Assembly (NCBI GenBank): GCA_943356445.1
Contig: CALREZ010000001.1
Coordinates: 15,818-79,817, forward strand
DNA: 64,000 bases
Direction of reading: 5' to 3'
DNA from: Candidatus Nomurabacteria bacterium
GTDB taxonomy: Bacteria > Patescibacteriota > Minisyncoccia > Phycocordibacterales > CAIJYI01
A program made the translations under genes and the position numbers. The notes under the pieces were generated by a model. That model ran no database searches. It was not told the origin of the DNA and was given only the letters and a program-made list of their open reading frames with translations. Numbering within the stretch: the first letter of the stretch is position 1; each line of letters opens with the position of its first letter. Positions 30,365 to 40,181 of the stretch are shown here, in pieces.

Positions 30365-31309
30365 CTATTTCTGACAAGCAGAATAACTTTTTTTTGATAC
30401 TTGGTCAATATTAAAATTATGGTAGTCTTTTTTCATTTCATTTAATCCGTCAAAAACACTGAGGCCTTGACCCAGCGTTTTTTTAAAAAACGAAGTGTTT
30501 AAGGACGTGTTTTTTGGTCGAGCGATATTTGATTGAATATCATTGGAAGAAATCGGTTTTACTTTGTTCGTCTCATAAGAAAAAGCGTCTGCAAGCAATT
30601 TCAAGAAAAAATATTTGCTTAAAACCTCTTCCGAACCGATATTTAAAATTCCGGAGATTTTTTTCTTTTCTAAAATATGTTTAAGCGTCCGTGCAAGCTG
30701 TTTTGTGTAAACGGGATTAAAAAAAGAATCAGTAAAACCATTTATTGTTTTTTTGTTTTTCCAGTTTTGAAGCGCCCATTCAGCTATGGCATTTCGCGGA
30801 GGGATATGAAAACCGAAGATATGAGTGCGGATGACCAGTGAGCCTTTGTCTGCAGAAAGTACACTCTTTTCGGCTTCAAGTTTGCTTTTTGAATAAACAT
30901 TTAACGGGTGTGTCGGTTCCGTTTCTCTGTAATTTCCTATTTTTCCGTCAAAGAGCGAATCGGTTGAAATGTATATAAATTTTGTATGTTTGTTTTTTGT
31001 TTCAGTCAAAACCTTTGTCGCTTTTACATTGACGAGATTCGCTTCTTTTTTGTTTATTTCACAGAATCCGACATCCACTAGCGCAGCACAGTGAATAATA
31101 ATATCGGGGTGGATATCCTCAAGAATTTTTTTTATTTTTTCGGAGTCTTTTAAGTTGGCAGTGATATAATGAACCAAAGGAATTTTCTTGAAACCATCAT
31201 TTTTTATCAGTCCAAAAACGGCATATTTCTTGTCTTCGCTGAAGATTTTCGTCATATCACGGCCAAGCATCCCGCCAGCGCCTGTAATCAGTACTTTTTT
31301 TGGGGCCAT
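30365..31309 (-). CDS. NDP-4-keto-6-deoxysugar reductase (RmlD-like SDR)
   Basis: ITGAGGMLG, HCAA, ISTD, YSKSK. Confidence 0.85.
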   Translation of the reverse strand: MAPKKVLITGAGGMLGRDMTKIFSEDKKYAVFGLIKNDGFKKIPLVHYITANLKDSEKIKKILEDIHPDIIIHCAALVDVGFCEINKKEANLVNVKATKVLTETKNKHTKFIYISTDSLFDGKIGNYRETEPTHPLNVYSKSKLEAEKSVLSADKGSLVIRTHIFGFHIPPRNAIAEWALQNWKNKKTINGFTDSFFNPVYTKQLARTLKHILEKKKISGILNIGSEEVLSKYFFLKLLADAFSYETNKVKPISSNDIQSNIARPKNTSLNTSFFKKTLGQGLSVFDGLNEMKKDYHNFNIDQVSKKSYSACQK

Positions 31310-31311
31310 TA

Positions 31312-32295
31312 TTATTCCGTTACTAGTTTTTTAATCTCATCTTTTGTCAGCCAAATATCATTTTTATCACTGGTATAACTGAACCCTGCTTTTACTTTTT
31401 TCCCTTTCGCATAATATTTTTTATAGAGACCTTCATTAAAACTGATGTCCGGAAGGATCATAAAGTAATCGCCAAGGGAATAGGTGTTGATATCGTTCTC
31501 TGTAATGAGTATTTCGTGCATTTTTTCTCCTGGTCGGAGTCCGATTATTTTTTTCTTTGCCTTTGGAGCAATTGCATCAAAAAGGTCGCCGATTTTCATA
31601 CTTGGAATCTTTGGAACGAATATCTCCCGTCCTTCCATGTTTTTGAGCGCAAAAAGTACGAGTTGAAAACTTTGAGGGAGAGCAAGCCAGAAACGCGTCA
31701 TATCCGGATTCGTAACATCGACTGTTTTTATATTTTCTCCGTTTTTTAGGATTGTTTCTATTATACTGCCTCTTGAACCGATTACATTACCGTAGCGCAC
31801 AACACTAAAAGGTATTTTGTCCCCAGAATACATGTTCGCGGAGCAAAAAAGTTTTTCAGCGGCGAGTTTGGTTGAACCGTAGAGGTTGATGGGGTAAACC
31901 GCTTTGTCTGTCGATATGAGAACGGCTTTGCCTACCTTTTGGTCCAAAGCTGCTTCTATCACATTTTGCGTACCAATAATATTGGTTTTTACCGCTTCAA
32001 AAGGATTATATTCCATCGCTGGGACTTGTTTTAGCGCTGCGGCATGGACAATGACATCTACCCCAGAAAAAGCGCGTTGAAGTCGGGGGAGATCGCGAAT
32101 ATCTCCTATGAAGAACCGAATGCGAGAGTCTTTTATTTCCTGTTGCATTTGATGCTGTTTGAATTCATCGCGGCTGAAGATAATGACTTTTTTAGGATTG
32201 CATTTTGCTAAAACAAATTTTGCAAAATTTTTTCCGAAAGAGCCGGTTCCCCCAGTAATGAGCACGGTTTTTCCCTTAAGAGTTGTTTCGTTCAT
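31312..32295 (-). CDS. pseB: UDP-GlcNAc 4,6-dehydratase (inverting)
   Basis: TGGTGSFG, SRDEFKQ, HAAALKQVP, STDKA, YGSTK, RYGNV, MTRF, RPGEKMHE. Confidence 0.93.
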   Translation of the reverse strand: MNETTLKGKTVLITGGTGSFGKNFAKFVLAKCNPKKVIIFSRDEFKQHQMQQEIKDSRIRFFIGDIRDLPRLQRAFSGVDVIVHAAALKQVPAMEYNPFEAVKTNIIGTQNVIEAALDQKVGKAVLISTDKAVYPINLYGSTKLAAEKLFCSANMYSGDKIPFSVVRYGNVIGSRGSIIETILKNGENIKTVDVTNPDMTRFWLALPQSFQLVLFALKNMEGREIFVPKIPSMKIGDLFDAIAPKAKKKIIGLRPGEKMHEILITENDINTYSLGDYFMILPDISFNEGLYKKYYAKGKKVKAGFSYTSDKNDIWLTKDEIKKLVTE

Positions 32296-32362
32296 GATAT
32301 TTTTATAGGTGTTAGGTTTTTCTGCCGTTTTACTTTATGATATTTTGAAATGTAATGCAAAT

Positions 32363-33430
32363 TTAGTCTTTTGTAAGGTTTAATACTTTTGTTATTGTTT
32401 CAGCGAAATTCTCAGGGAGAAACTTTTTGTATTTTTCGCTTTGAAGGAAGCGTTCTATCGCACAGAGATACTCGTTGTATCTTTCTTCCGTAACGGAAAA
32501 GAGATAATCGGCCAGTTCCTTTTCGTTTTTGAATTTTCTTCGGTCTATAAAAACATCCTCGTCAATATAATCGGCAACATTCGGCGCTCCAAGATATATT
32601 GGCACTGTTTTTGCCGCAAGGGCATCAAAAATCTTTTCAGTGATATAGCCGTTTTGTTCCGTGTTCTCGTAGCACAAAGCAAATTTGTATTGAGAAAGCG
32701 TATTAATCTTATTTGGAACCTCGCCTTGAAATTTTTTGTATTTTTTGACCAGCCAAGGAATTCTTTTTTGCCACTTTGTTATCGGTTGGTTCCAGTATAT
32801 GCCAAACAAATCGAAATGTTCGGGGTAATTGGCATCAAAATACGTTATGGTATTTCTCCTGGCCGTATATAGTTCCAGCGGAAGAGAAGATGTTTTATTT
32901 GTTATGATGTTTACTAAAAATTTTCTCTCAGAAAACGTTCGGTTATTTCGTATTGGTTTTGATGTTGCGGAAGGATGATGAACCTTAAAAAATTTTTTGT
33001 TGTCAATAATGTCGTCATCCCAAGTTAAAATACGGTTGAAATGTTTCCATAGAGCCGGGTCGTAGTTGCGCGGGCAAATGACTTTTCCTTCCATGATTAA
33101 AAAAACAAGTTTATCGGACATGGATAATTTTTCCGCTTCTGTGACAAGCTCTCTTTTCGGCCATATTTGCGGGAGTTTTAATCCGAGGATTTTTTTTAAT
33201 CGCCATTTCCACGATTTTTTGTGCTCGTTGGAAACGCTTTCGGCGTTAAGAAAAAGGATCCACCCGCACCCTTCCACGGAATTGCTGTCTGCGGTCGTAA
33301 ATTCATACCCGAGGAACTGAAGTTTATCGCGAAGCATGCGCCATGTTTCGGTGACGTTATTTATATCCGGGCCGAACATCCTGTTATTGCCGAGGGGGCG
33401 GCTTGGAACCTGAAGAAGTATTTTTTTCAT
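32363..33430 (-). CDS. GT10-like glycosyltransferase
   Basis: YKFALCYEN, GYITEKIFDA, PIYLGAPN; ATG at 33430. Confidence 0.85.
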   Translation of the reverse strand: MKKILLQVPSRPLGNNRMFGPDINNVTETWRMLRDKLQFLGYEFTTADSNSVEGCGWILFLNAESVSNEHKKSWKWRLKKILGLKLPQIWPKRELVTEAEKLSMSDKLVFLIMEGKVICPRNYDPALWKHFNRILTWDDDIIDNKKFFKVHHPSATSKPIRNNRTFSERKFLVNIITNKTSSLPLELYTARRNTITYFDANYPEHFDLFGIYWNQPITKWQKRIPWLVKKYKKFQGEVPNKINTLSQYKFALCYENTEQNGYITEKIFDALAAKTVPIYLGAPNVADYIDEDVFIDRRKFKNEKELADYLFSVTEERYNEYLCAIERFLQSEKYKKFLPENFAETITKVLNLTKD

Positions 33431-34299
33431 TGGTTTGTTTTGAACGCGCTTTTTATCTGACGGTAGATCTTTTCCCCGAAAAGATGTTTTAAAAACTTTT
33501 TGAAACGCAGTAACTCCCATCGTATTTTGTTTTGGGATTTGAACCAAAAATGTTTGATCCATGAAATGACAAAAAACAAGAAGGCTTGAACCTTACGAGG
33601 AAATTTTTTCAGAAGAGCGTTACGGAATAAGAGGAATTCAGAAAAGGGAAGCATCGTCTGCAATTTTTTAACAATCATAGGCATGGCGCTTTGCGAAAGA
33701 TGAGCTCCGTCTAAAAAGTACTGTTGTTTTGTATCATCGTTGGGGTTTAGGAGTTCATTCAGTATTGAAAGTACGCGGATGTTTCTATTTTTTGCTTCTT
33801 CCAGCAGCTTCTCGTTGAATTCTTTTTTTAATCGGTTTATTTCTCTGTCGTCGGCATCATCCGGATATTTTTCACGACCGGAAAATCTCGAAACGATGAG
33901 AGGCGAAGACCCTAAAAGAATTACCTCATATCCCATGTTTTTTATCTCGGTGATGGCGGAAAAATACCTTTCCAAAACGTCATCAATCATTTTTTCTATG
34001 CTTTCGTTTTGATGCGATACGTGCTTCATGAGATATATCATACGGCAATCCAGTTCGCCGAAAGACAAAAGAACAAGATCTTTTTTATCTATTTTTTCAA
34101 GTATTTTGAACAGGATTTCACGATCGTGAGACTTGGCGCTTTCTTTGTATAAATTGTATGCCAAAGATGGCCCAGTAAAATATGTCTTAAACGACGGGAT
34201 TTTATTTACTGTTTTTGCCGGCCATATCGGATAAAGAAAATTTGTTCCGGAGAAGACGTGGACGTGGCTATCGCCGACGCAGTGTATCGTTCTAACCAT
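33427..34299 (-). CDS. SGNH/GDSL hydrolase-family protein
   Basis: GDSH, FGELDCR, DGAH. Confidence 0.8.
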   Translation of the reverse strand: MVRTIHCVGDSHVHVFSGTNFLYPIWPAKTVNKIPSFKTYFTGPSLAYNLYKESAKSHDREILFKILEKIDKKDLVLLSFGELDCRMIYLMKHVSHQNESIEKMIDDVLERYFSAITEIKNMGYEVILLGSSPLIVSRFSGREKYPDDADDREINRLKKEFNEKLLEEAKNRNIRVLSILNELLNPNDDTKQQYFLDGAHLSQSAMPMIVKKLQTMLPFSEFLLFRNALLKKFPRKVQAFLFFVISWIKHFWFKSQNKIRWELLRFKKFLKHLFGEKIYRQIKSAFKTNQ

Positions 34300-34315
34300 T
34301 TTTAGAATTAAGATA

Positions 34316-35599
34316 TTATTCGCTTGAAAGAGATTCGATTTTCCAATCGCAATTTGTAAGCACGGCGCAGTGAGCTAAACCGTATTTTCCGTAAGGTGAC
34401 ATTGGCGTTCTTCCGTTATCCGCAATAGTGAAACTCAACACGTCGGGACAATGATCTATGTTTTTTGAACCTCGTACATGCGCCGCGACAAGAAGCGTAT
34501 AGATGCTCGGCATAAGAAAATTTCCCCTAACCCCGGAAACCACTGAGTATTTTCCCGTTGGCAGATGTTCAAACTCACCTTTATTTTTTTCGGAAAGACT
34601 TGTGAAGATCACATTCATTCCCTCGCTGTTTTTGAGTCCGAAACTTATTTCTGCGTTGTTTGTCTCTTTTTGTACGGAAAATTCAGCGCAAATTTTGAAA
34701 TTCTTTGATACGTCTATTATGTCAGTCGCCACGCCGTTTTCATCCGCTATCCAAGCTTTTGTGAAAGTTACATCTTTGTTGAGATCCGGTTTTAATTCAA
34801 CCCCTTGCGTGGTCATTTCTTCCAGGTATTGTTTTATGATTTCGTTGGTATCACCGGCTGCTTTGATTTCTCCTTTCTGCAAAAGAATTGTTTTGGTGCA
34901 CAAGCTTTGAATGGCGGCGAGATTATGGCTGACAAAAAGAATGGTGCGCCCGTCTTGTTTAGTTACCTCATCCATTTTTCCCAGGCATTTTTTTTGAAAT
35001 TCCGCGTCTCCAACCGCAAGCACTTCATCGATAATAAGGATATCGGGCTCCATGTGGGCTGCGACAGAAAAGGCGAGACGGACATACATTCCGCTGGAAT
35101 AGTATTTTACCGGCGTATCCAAAAACTGAGCAATTCCCGCAAATTCAACGATGCGATCAAACTTCTCCGCCACTTCCTTTCTCTCCATCCCCAGAATGGC
35201 GCCGTTTAAGAAAATGTTTTCTCTCCCGGTAAGTTCCGGGTGGAAACCTGTACCTACCTCAAGAAGACTGCCGACTTTTCCTTTGATCTTCACCTCTCCC
35301 GTTGTCGGCGGGGTAATCTGCGAGAGTATTTTAAGCAATGTTGATTTCCCGGAACCGTTCGGCCCGATGATCCCAACTATTTCTCCCTTTTTGATATCAA
35401 TGTTTACATTCTTCAGTGCCCAGAATTCTTCTTTGACATCAATGCCGGCAAGCTGCTTTGCTTTGAATTTAAGAAAGGCAAAAGGAGCCCGGAAGACGTT
35501 TGCAATAACATCTCTGAGCGCTATATATCCGCCGCGGTGATGATTGATATTATACCGTTTACCGAGGCCTTTTATCTCTATGATGGTTGGTTGTTCCAT
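34316..35599 (-). CDS. wzt: ABC polysaccharide exporter ATPase with C-terminal carbohydrate-binding domain
   Basis: GPNGSGKST, YSSGM, IDEVLAVGD, VSH, plus a beta-rich C-terminal extension. Confidence 0.93.
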   Translation of the reverse strand: MEQPTIIEIKGLGKRYNINHHRGGYIALRDVIANVFRAPFAFLKFKAKQLAGIDVKEEFWALKNVNIDIKKGEIVGIIGPNGSGKSTLLKILSQITPPTTGEVKIKGKVGSLLEVGTGFHPELTGRENIFLNGAILGMERKEVAEKFDRIVEFAGIAQFLDTPVKYYSSGMYVRLAFSVAAHMEPDILIIDEVLAVGDAEFQKKCLGKMDEVTKQDGRTILFVSHNLAAIQSLCTKTILLQKGEIKAAGDTNEIIKQYLEEMTTQGVELKPDLNKDVTFTKAWIADENGVATDIIDVSKNFKICAEFSVQKETNNAEISFGLKNSEGMNVIFTSLSEKNKGEFEHLPTGKYSVVSGVRGNFLMPSIYTLLVAAHVRGSKNIDHCPDVLSFTIADNGRTPMSPYGKYGLAHCAVLTNCDWKIESLSSE

Positions 35600-35603
35600 G
35601 AAA

Positions 35604-36422
35604 TTATATTATATCCGCAAAGTATCGCTCTGTTTTTTTAAACATGACGATACCGATAGCAAGGAGAACAGAAGTCGCCACGAAAGAAATGAATATAAGA
35701 AGGCCGTTTATTTTTGCTGTGCCCAAAAGAGCCGCACGCGCATTCTGGATCACTCCGGTCATTGGATTTATAGCAAGTATCCATGAGTATTTTCCGGCGA
35801 TACTGGCCGGGTAAATGACAGGGGTCAAGAACATTAACATTTGAATAAAATAAGGAAGAATATAACGGACGTCGCGATATTTTACATTGATTGCGGCAAG
35901 GAAAAGCCCCAGACCGACGGCTGCCATAAAACAAATGATAAGAAGGATCGGAAGGACGAGAATTCCCAACAGGTTGGGATGATATCCGTAATAGATCATC
36001 ATCCCCACGAGAATCGTCGCGGCGATGGCGAAATCAACCAATTGGGTAATAACCGAAGTGATCGGGAGAATGAGGCGAGGAAAATACACTTTGGTAATAA
36101 TGGATTGATTGGCTATCAAGCATGAGCTGGTGCTGGAAAGCGCGCTGGAAAAAAATTGCCAAAAGAGCAATCCCGTGTAAACGAAAATCGGATAGGGAAC
36201 TCCATCAGAGGGCATTTTTGCGAGTTTTCCGAAAAAGATGGTAAAGACCACCATGGTCATGAATGGTTGGAAGATCGCCCACGCCGCCCCGAGAGCGGTC
36301 TGTTTGTACCTAACCTTCAGGTCTCTCCATGTGAAAAAATAGAGCAATTCTTTGTATTGCCAAATTTCACGAAGATCATTCCATCTAAAGATTTTTTTTG
36401 GTTTGATTATCGTCGTTTGCAT
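35604..36422 (-). CDS. wzm: ABC polysaccharide exporter permease
   Basis: RDLKVRYKQT, KVYFPR, YRDV, TPVIYP, NPMT. Confidence 0.93.
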   Translation of the reverse strand: MQTTIIKPKKIFRWNDLREIWQYKELLYFFTWRDLKVRYKQTALGAAWAIFQPFMTMVVFTIFFGKLAKMPSDGVPYPIFVYTGLLFWQFFSSALSSTSSCLIANQSIITKVYFPRLILPITSVITQLVDFAIAATILVGMMIYYGYHPNLLGILVLPILLIICFMAAVGLGLFLAAINVKYRDVRYILPYFIQMLMFLTPVIYPASIAGKYSWILAINPMTGVIQNARAALLGTAKINGLLIFISFVATSVLLAIGIVMFKKTERYFADII

Positions 36423-36559
36423 GTCATTATATCTTACGTTATTTTAGGGATTTTTTCCAGTGGGAATGCTCGCTTTTTATAGAACTGTTAAAAACACAAA
36501 AAGTTACCGGAAAGGCGGGGATTGAAAAGGGCCGGCGCTTCCTGTAATATAATGGACAT

Positions 36560-36916
36560 ATGACAGTAAAAGGGGTCGGTATTGATATTGCGGAGGTCAA
36601 AAAATTTGCTTCTTTTAAGAAAAACGGGGAAGACCGATTTTTGTCTAATAATTTCACCGAAAAAGAGTTGGAATACTGTTTCTCTTTTGCGGATTCAAGT
36701 ATTCATCTCGCGGCAACTTTTGCCGCGAAGGAGGCGGTGTGGAAAGCTTTTGGGAGGGCCGATATGCTTCAGTCAGCGATTGAGGTCAGGCGGAATGGCT
36801 CAGGGTATCCGACAGTGTGGATAAAAAACCGGCCGCAAAAATCTATTTTACTTTCTATAAGTCACACAACGGAAACAGCCGTCGCCGTCGCAATTATGAC
36901 GAATAGAAAAAAATAA
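36560..36916 (+). CDS. acpS: Holo-ACP synthase (phosphopantetheinyl transferase)
   Basis: GVGIDI, FTEKE, FAAKEAVWKA, SISHT. Confidence 0.93.
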   Translation: MTVKGVGIDIAEVKKFASFKKNGEDRFLSNNFTEKELEYCFSFADSSIHLAATFAAKEAVWKAFGRADMLQSAIEVRRNGSGYPTVWIKNRPQKSILLSISHTTETAVAVAIMTNRKK

Positions 36917-37000
36917 AAATAGAAAAATTACAAAAATATAACCGCTTTGGCAATCTTTCCATTTTTCTGTTTTCTTATTTTTTATATTATTATTTTATTT

Positions 37001-38044
37001 ATGAATACAAAAAAATGCATTGTGCTTGATTTGGATAATACTCTCTGGGGAGGGATTGTCGGGGAAGATGGATTTGATGGAATACAGCTTTCTTTATCTC
37101 ATCCGGGTTCAAGTTTTATTGCTTTTCAACAAGCTCTTTTGGATCTCTATAATCGTGGAATTATTCTGGCGGTAAATAGCCGAAATAATTTTGAAGACGC
37201 GATGAAGGTAATCCGTACTCATCCGAATATGATCCTGAAAGAACTTCACTTTGCGGCGATGCGCATCAACTGGAACGATAAGGCCGCGAATATCGTTGAA
37301 CTGGCAAAAGAACTCAATATCGGACTGGACTCCATGGTGTTTTTTGATGATGACCCGACTAATCGTGCGACCGTTCGAGCCATGGTCCCCTCTGTGGAAG
37401 TTCCCGAACTTCCCGCAAGTCCTGAAGAATACGCAAAATTCCTTCTTTCCCTCCCATATTTTCCGAGCGCGGCGATAACGGATGAAGATAAAATGCGCGG
37501 GAGTCTGTATGTAACGGAACGGTTGCGTCAAGAAGCGGAAAAGTCATTCCCGAGCAAAGAAGAGTTTTTAAAAAATCTCGGATTGGAACTTCATATTCTG
37601 GAAGATGATCCGACCTCTATTGCTCGCCTTGCTCAGATGACAGGAAAAACCAATCAGTTCAATGTAAACAAAATCCCCATGACGGAAGAAGAAATGACAG
37701 GCTTTATGGAACATCCCGAATACAAAGTATTTCACGGGCATGTTGCCGATCGTTTCGGTGAACATGGCATTACGAACTTGGCGATTGTGAAAAAAAATGG
37801 CGAGAATTGGAACATAGAACATTTCCTTATGAGTTGTCGGGTAATCGGTCGGGGAATAGAAGATGCTTTTTTGACGGCCATTGCTGGTGTCGCGAAAAAA
37901 GAGGGAGTGAAGCGTCTCGCGGTTACTTTTATCCCTACGGAAAAAAACGCGCCGGCTCAAGAATTTATCAATCGGCGTTTTATCAATAACGAAACAATGG
38001 TGGAAGATACTCCTTCCTCTCCGGAGTGGATTACGATCAAATAA
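37001..38044 (+). CDS. FkbH-like glyceryl-ACP synthase (HAD-IIIC)
   Basis: DLDNTLWGG, INW.DK, FFDD, KTNQFN, DRFG, FLMSCRVIGRG (acyl-carrying Cys); ATG at 37001. Confidence 0.92.
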   Translation: MNTKKCIVLDLDNTLWGGIVGEDGFDGIQLSLSHPGSSFIAFQQALLDLYNRGIILAVNSRNNFEDAMKVIRTHPNMILKELHFAAMRINWNDKAANIVELAKELNIGLDSMVFFDDDPTNRATVRAMVPSVEVPELPASPEEYAKFLLSLPYFPSAAITDEDKMRGSLYVTERLRQEAEKSFPSKEEFLKNLGLELHILEDDPTSIARLAQMTGKTNQFNVNKIPMTEEEMTGFMEHPEYKVFHGHVADRFGEHGITNLAIVKKNGENWNIEHFLMSCRVIGRGIEDAFLTAIAGVAKKEGVKRLAVTFIPTEKNAPAQEFINRRFINNETMVEDTPSSPEWITIK

Positions 38045-38045
38045 T

Positions 38046-38276
38046 ATGGAAAAATTTAATGAAATGGCGGGCGAAGCTTTTAAAATGTCGCCATCTGAAG
38101 TAAAAGATTCTTTGACTCCGAAAGATATACCTGAGTGGGATTCCATGAACTTTCTTCTGTTTATTGCCGCTTTGGAGAAGGAATTTAATTTCTCATTCAG
38201 TATGGACGAAGTGCTAAACGCAAAATCGCTTGGCGATATAAAAGCGGTATTGAAGGGTAAAGGGTTGATTGCATGA
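38046..38276 (+). CDS. Acyl carrier protein
   Basis: 76 aa, acidic, WDSM phosphopantetheine motif. Confidence 0.9.
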   Translation: MEKFNEMAGEAFKMSPSEVKDSLTPKDIPEWDSMNFLLFIAALEKEFNFSFSMDEVLNAKSLGDIKAVLKGKGLIA

Positions 38277-38692
38277 TTGCGAAAGATTTAAAATTTGAGG
38301 ATATTAAAAAGGGGGATTCTTCTTCTTTTGAAGTAACGATAACAGAAAGCGACATACAAAAATTCGCTGAACTTTCCGGTGATTATAATCCGCTTCATGT
38401 TGATGAAGAATATGCAAATGAAACGGAATTTGTCGGGAGGGTCGTTCACGGAATGTTTCTCGGATCATTGGTTTCTCGTTTTGTCGGAATGGAACTGCCC
38501 GGGAAAAAAGCTCTCTTGTTGAAAGAAACGCTTGAGTTTAAAAAACCGGCAAGAATCGGCGACCGTATTATTGTGAAGGGGGCTGTCGTCTATAAAAGCG
38601 AACCGCTTCGCCTTATAGAACTTTTAATGGAAATACGCACGGAAAAAGAATTGCTCGTTTCCGGTTCCGTGTATGCAGGGGTTTTACTATAA
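38273..38692 (+). CDS. MaoC-like hotdog dehydratase
   Basis: FAELSGDYNPLH, VHGM. Confidence 0.9.
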   Translation: MIAKDLKFEDIKKGDSSSFEVTITESDIQKFAELSGDYNPLHVDEEYANETEFVGRVVHGMFLGSLVSRFVGMELPGKKALLLKETLEFKKPARIGDRIIVKGAVVYKSEPLRLIELLMEIRTEKELLVSGSVYAGVLL

Positions 38693-38699
38693 ATAAAAA

Positions 38700-39458
38700 A
38701 TGAATGCCACTCAAAAGATTGCGGTAATATCCGGTGCAACGGGATACATCGGATACGAAACAGCAAAAAAACTTGCGGCTGACGGCATGCGTATAGCGAT
38801 GCTTTACTATGGTTTATCAAAGGAGGATGCTATTCGTATGGTTTCTGAACTTTCAGGAGAAGGACATAATGCTTATTTTTGCGATATTTCGGATGAAAAC
38901 GCCGTTACTCAGGTTATTGATAGGATAGAACAAGAAATGGGCCATTTATATGCGTGTATTCACGCCGCCGGAACGCTGCCGAAGCCAAAACAACTTCACC
39001 TTTCTTCCCCTGCTGATTTGGATGAACAGTTTAAGGTGAATATATTTGGGACTTTTAATTTTTTGTCGTCTTGCGCAAGGCGCCTCAAAGAACACAAAGA
39101 CGGGGTGATTATTGGAATTACCACCGCAGGTGTCGTTACTCCAATCAACACAAAAGCTCGCGGAGCTTACAGCGTGCTGAAGTTCGCTCTTCAAGGGATG
39201 CTCGTTGCGCTCAAAGAAGAACTTTCTTCTTTTGGCATCCGAGTATATTCTATTGCTCCGGGCGTATTACCTGGAGGGCTGAATCGCGATACCCCGAAAG
39301 CATTTCTTGAAATAACGAGAAGTACGAGCCCGACAAAAACGCTTGCTGCGGCAGAAGATGTGGCAGAAAAAATATCTTCTCTTTGTTTGGAAACGGCGAA
39401 TGGAATATCAGAGTTCACATTTTTAATCGCGCCGGAGACCGGTATAATGCCGAAATAG
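38700..39458 (+). CDS. Short-chain dehydrogenase/reductase
   Basis: SGATGYIG, HAAG, YSVLK, APG. Confidence 0.9.
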   Translation: MNATQKIAVISGATGYIGYETAKKLAADGMRIAMLYYGLSKEDAIRMVSELSGEGHNAYFCDISDENAVTQVIDRIEQEMGHLYACIHAAGTLPKPKQLHLSSPADLDEQFKVNIFGTFNFLSSCARRLKEHKDGVIIGITTAGVVTPINTKARGAYSVLKFALQGMLVALKEELSSFGIRVYSIAPGVLPGGLNRDTPKAFLEITRSTSPTKTLAAAEDVAEKISSLCLETANGISEFTFLIAPETGIMPK

Positions 39459-39461
39459 GAT

Positions 39462-40178
39462 ATGGATAGCAAAAGAAAAACAATAATCATTTCCGGCGGA
39501 GGCGGATATTTAGGAAACGCTCTTGTCCGAACGTTTACGAAAAACGGTTTTAATATCATTGTCCTTGAAAGAGAAATAAAAGGATTGTCTGGTACGGAAA
39601 ATCTGCACTTTAAACTCGCTGATGTTTCCAATTTTTATGATGTAAAGAAAGCGGCTGACGAAGTAAAAAAAGAATTTGGAGGGATTTTTGCCATAATCCA
39701 CGCCGCATCGGCTCCCCTTGTCCGCCAGCCGGCGCTTTCTGTTTCTGAAAAAGATTTTGAAAAACAGTTTGCGGTAAATGTTCTTGGGGGTTTTTATCTT
39801 TTTAAGTATTTTAGCGAGATGCTTTCTCCAGACGGTGCCATCATCGGGATAACGACTTCGGCAATCTTTCATGGTACTGCTCATGCAAAAAGCGGTTCAT
39901 ATGTAGCCGCAAAATCGGGGTTGTGGGGATTGCTCCGTTCTATCTCTTTTGAGACTTCATTTCGCGTTTATTCCGTTGCCCCGGCCTTTATGCCGGATGG
40001 GTTGAACAAAGATCTTCCGCTCGCAATAAGAGAATTCATTGTTAAAAAAATCGGCACCAAAAATGTTACGGATGCCGGAGAAGTTTCTCTTACTGCTCTT
40101 TCCCTTGTGAACGACAAAGAGAGAAGGTGGAGCGGAAAGACTATTGCTCTGCCGGGATTTTTGGTAACTGAATTCTAA
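39462..40178 (+). CDS. Short-chain dehydrogenase/reductase
   Basis: SGGGGYLG, HAAS, YVAAK. Confidence 0.88.
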   Translation: MDSKRKTIIISGGGGYLGNALVRTFTKNGFNIIVLEREIKGLSGTENLHFKLADVSNFYDVKKAADEVKKEFGGIFAIIHAASAPLVRQPALSVSEKDFEKQFAVNVLGGFYLFKYFSEMLSPDGAIIGITTSAIFHGTAHAKSGSYVAAKSGLWGLLRSISFETSFRVYSVAPAFMPDGLNKDLPLAIREFIVKKIGTKNVTDAGEVSLTALSLVNDKERRWSGKTIALPGFLVTEF

Positions 40179-40181
40179 CTT

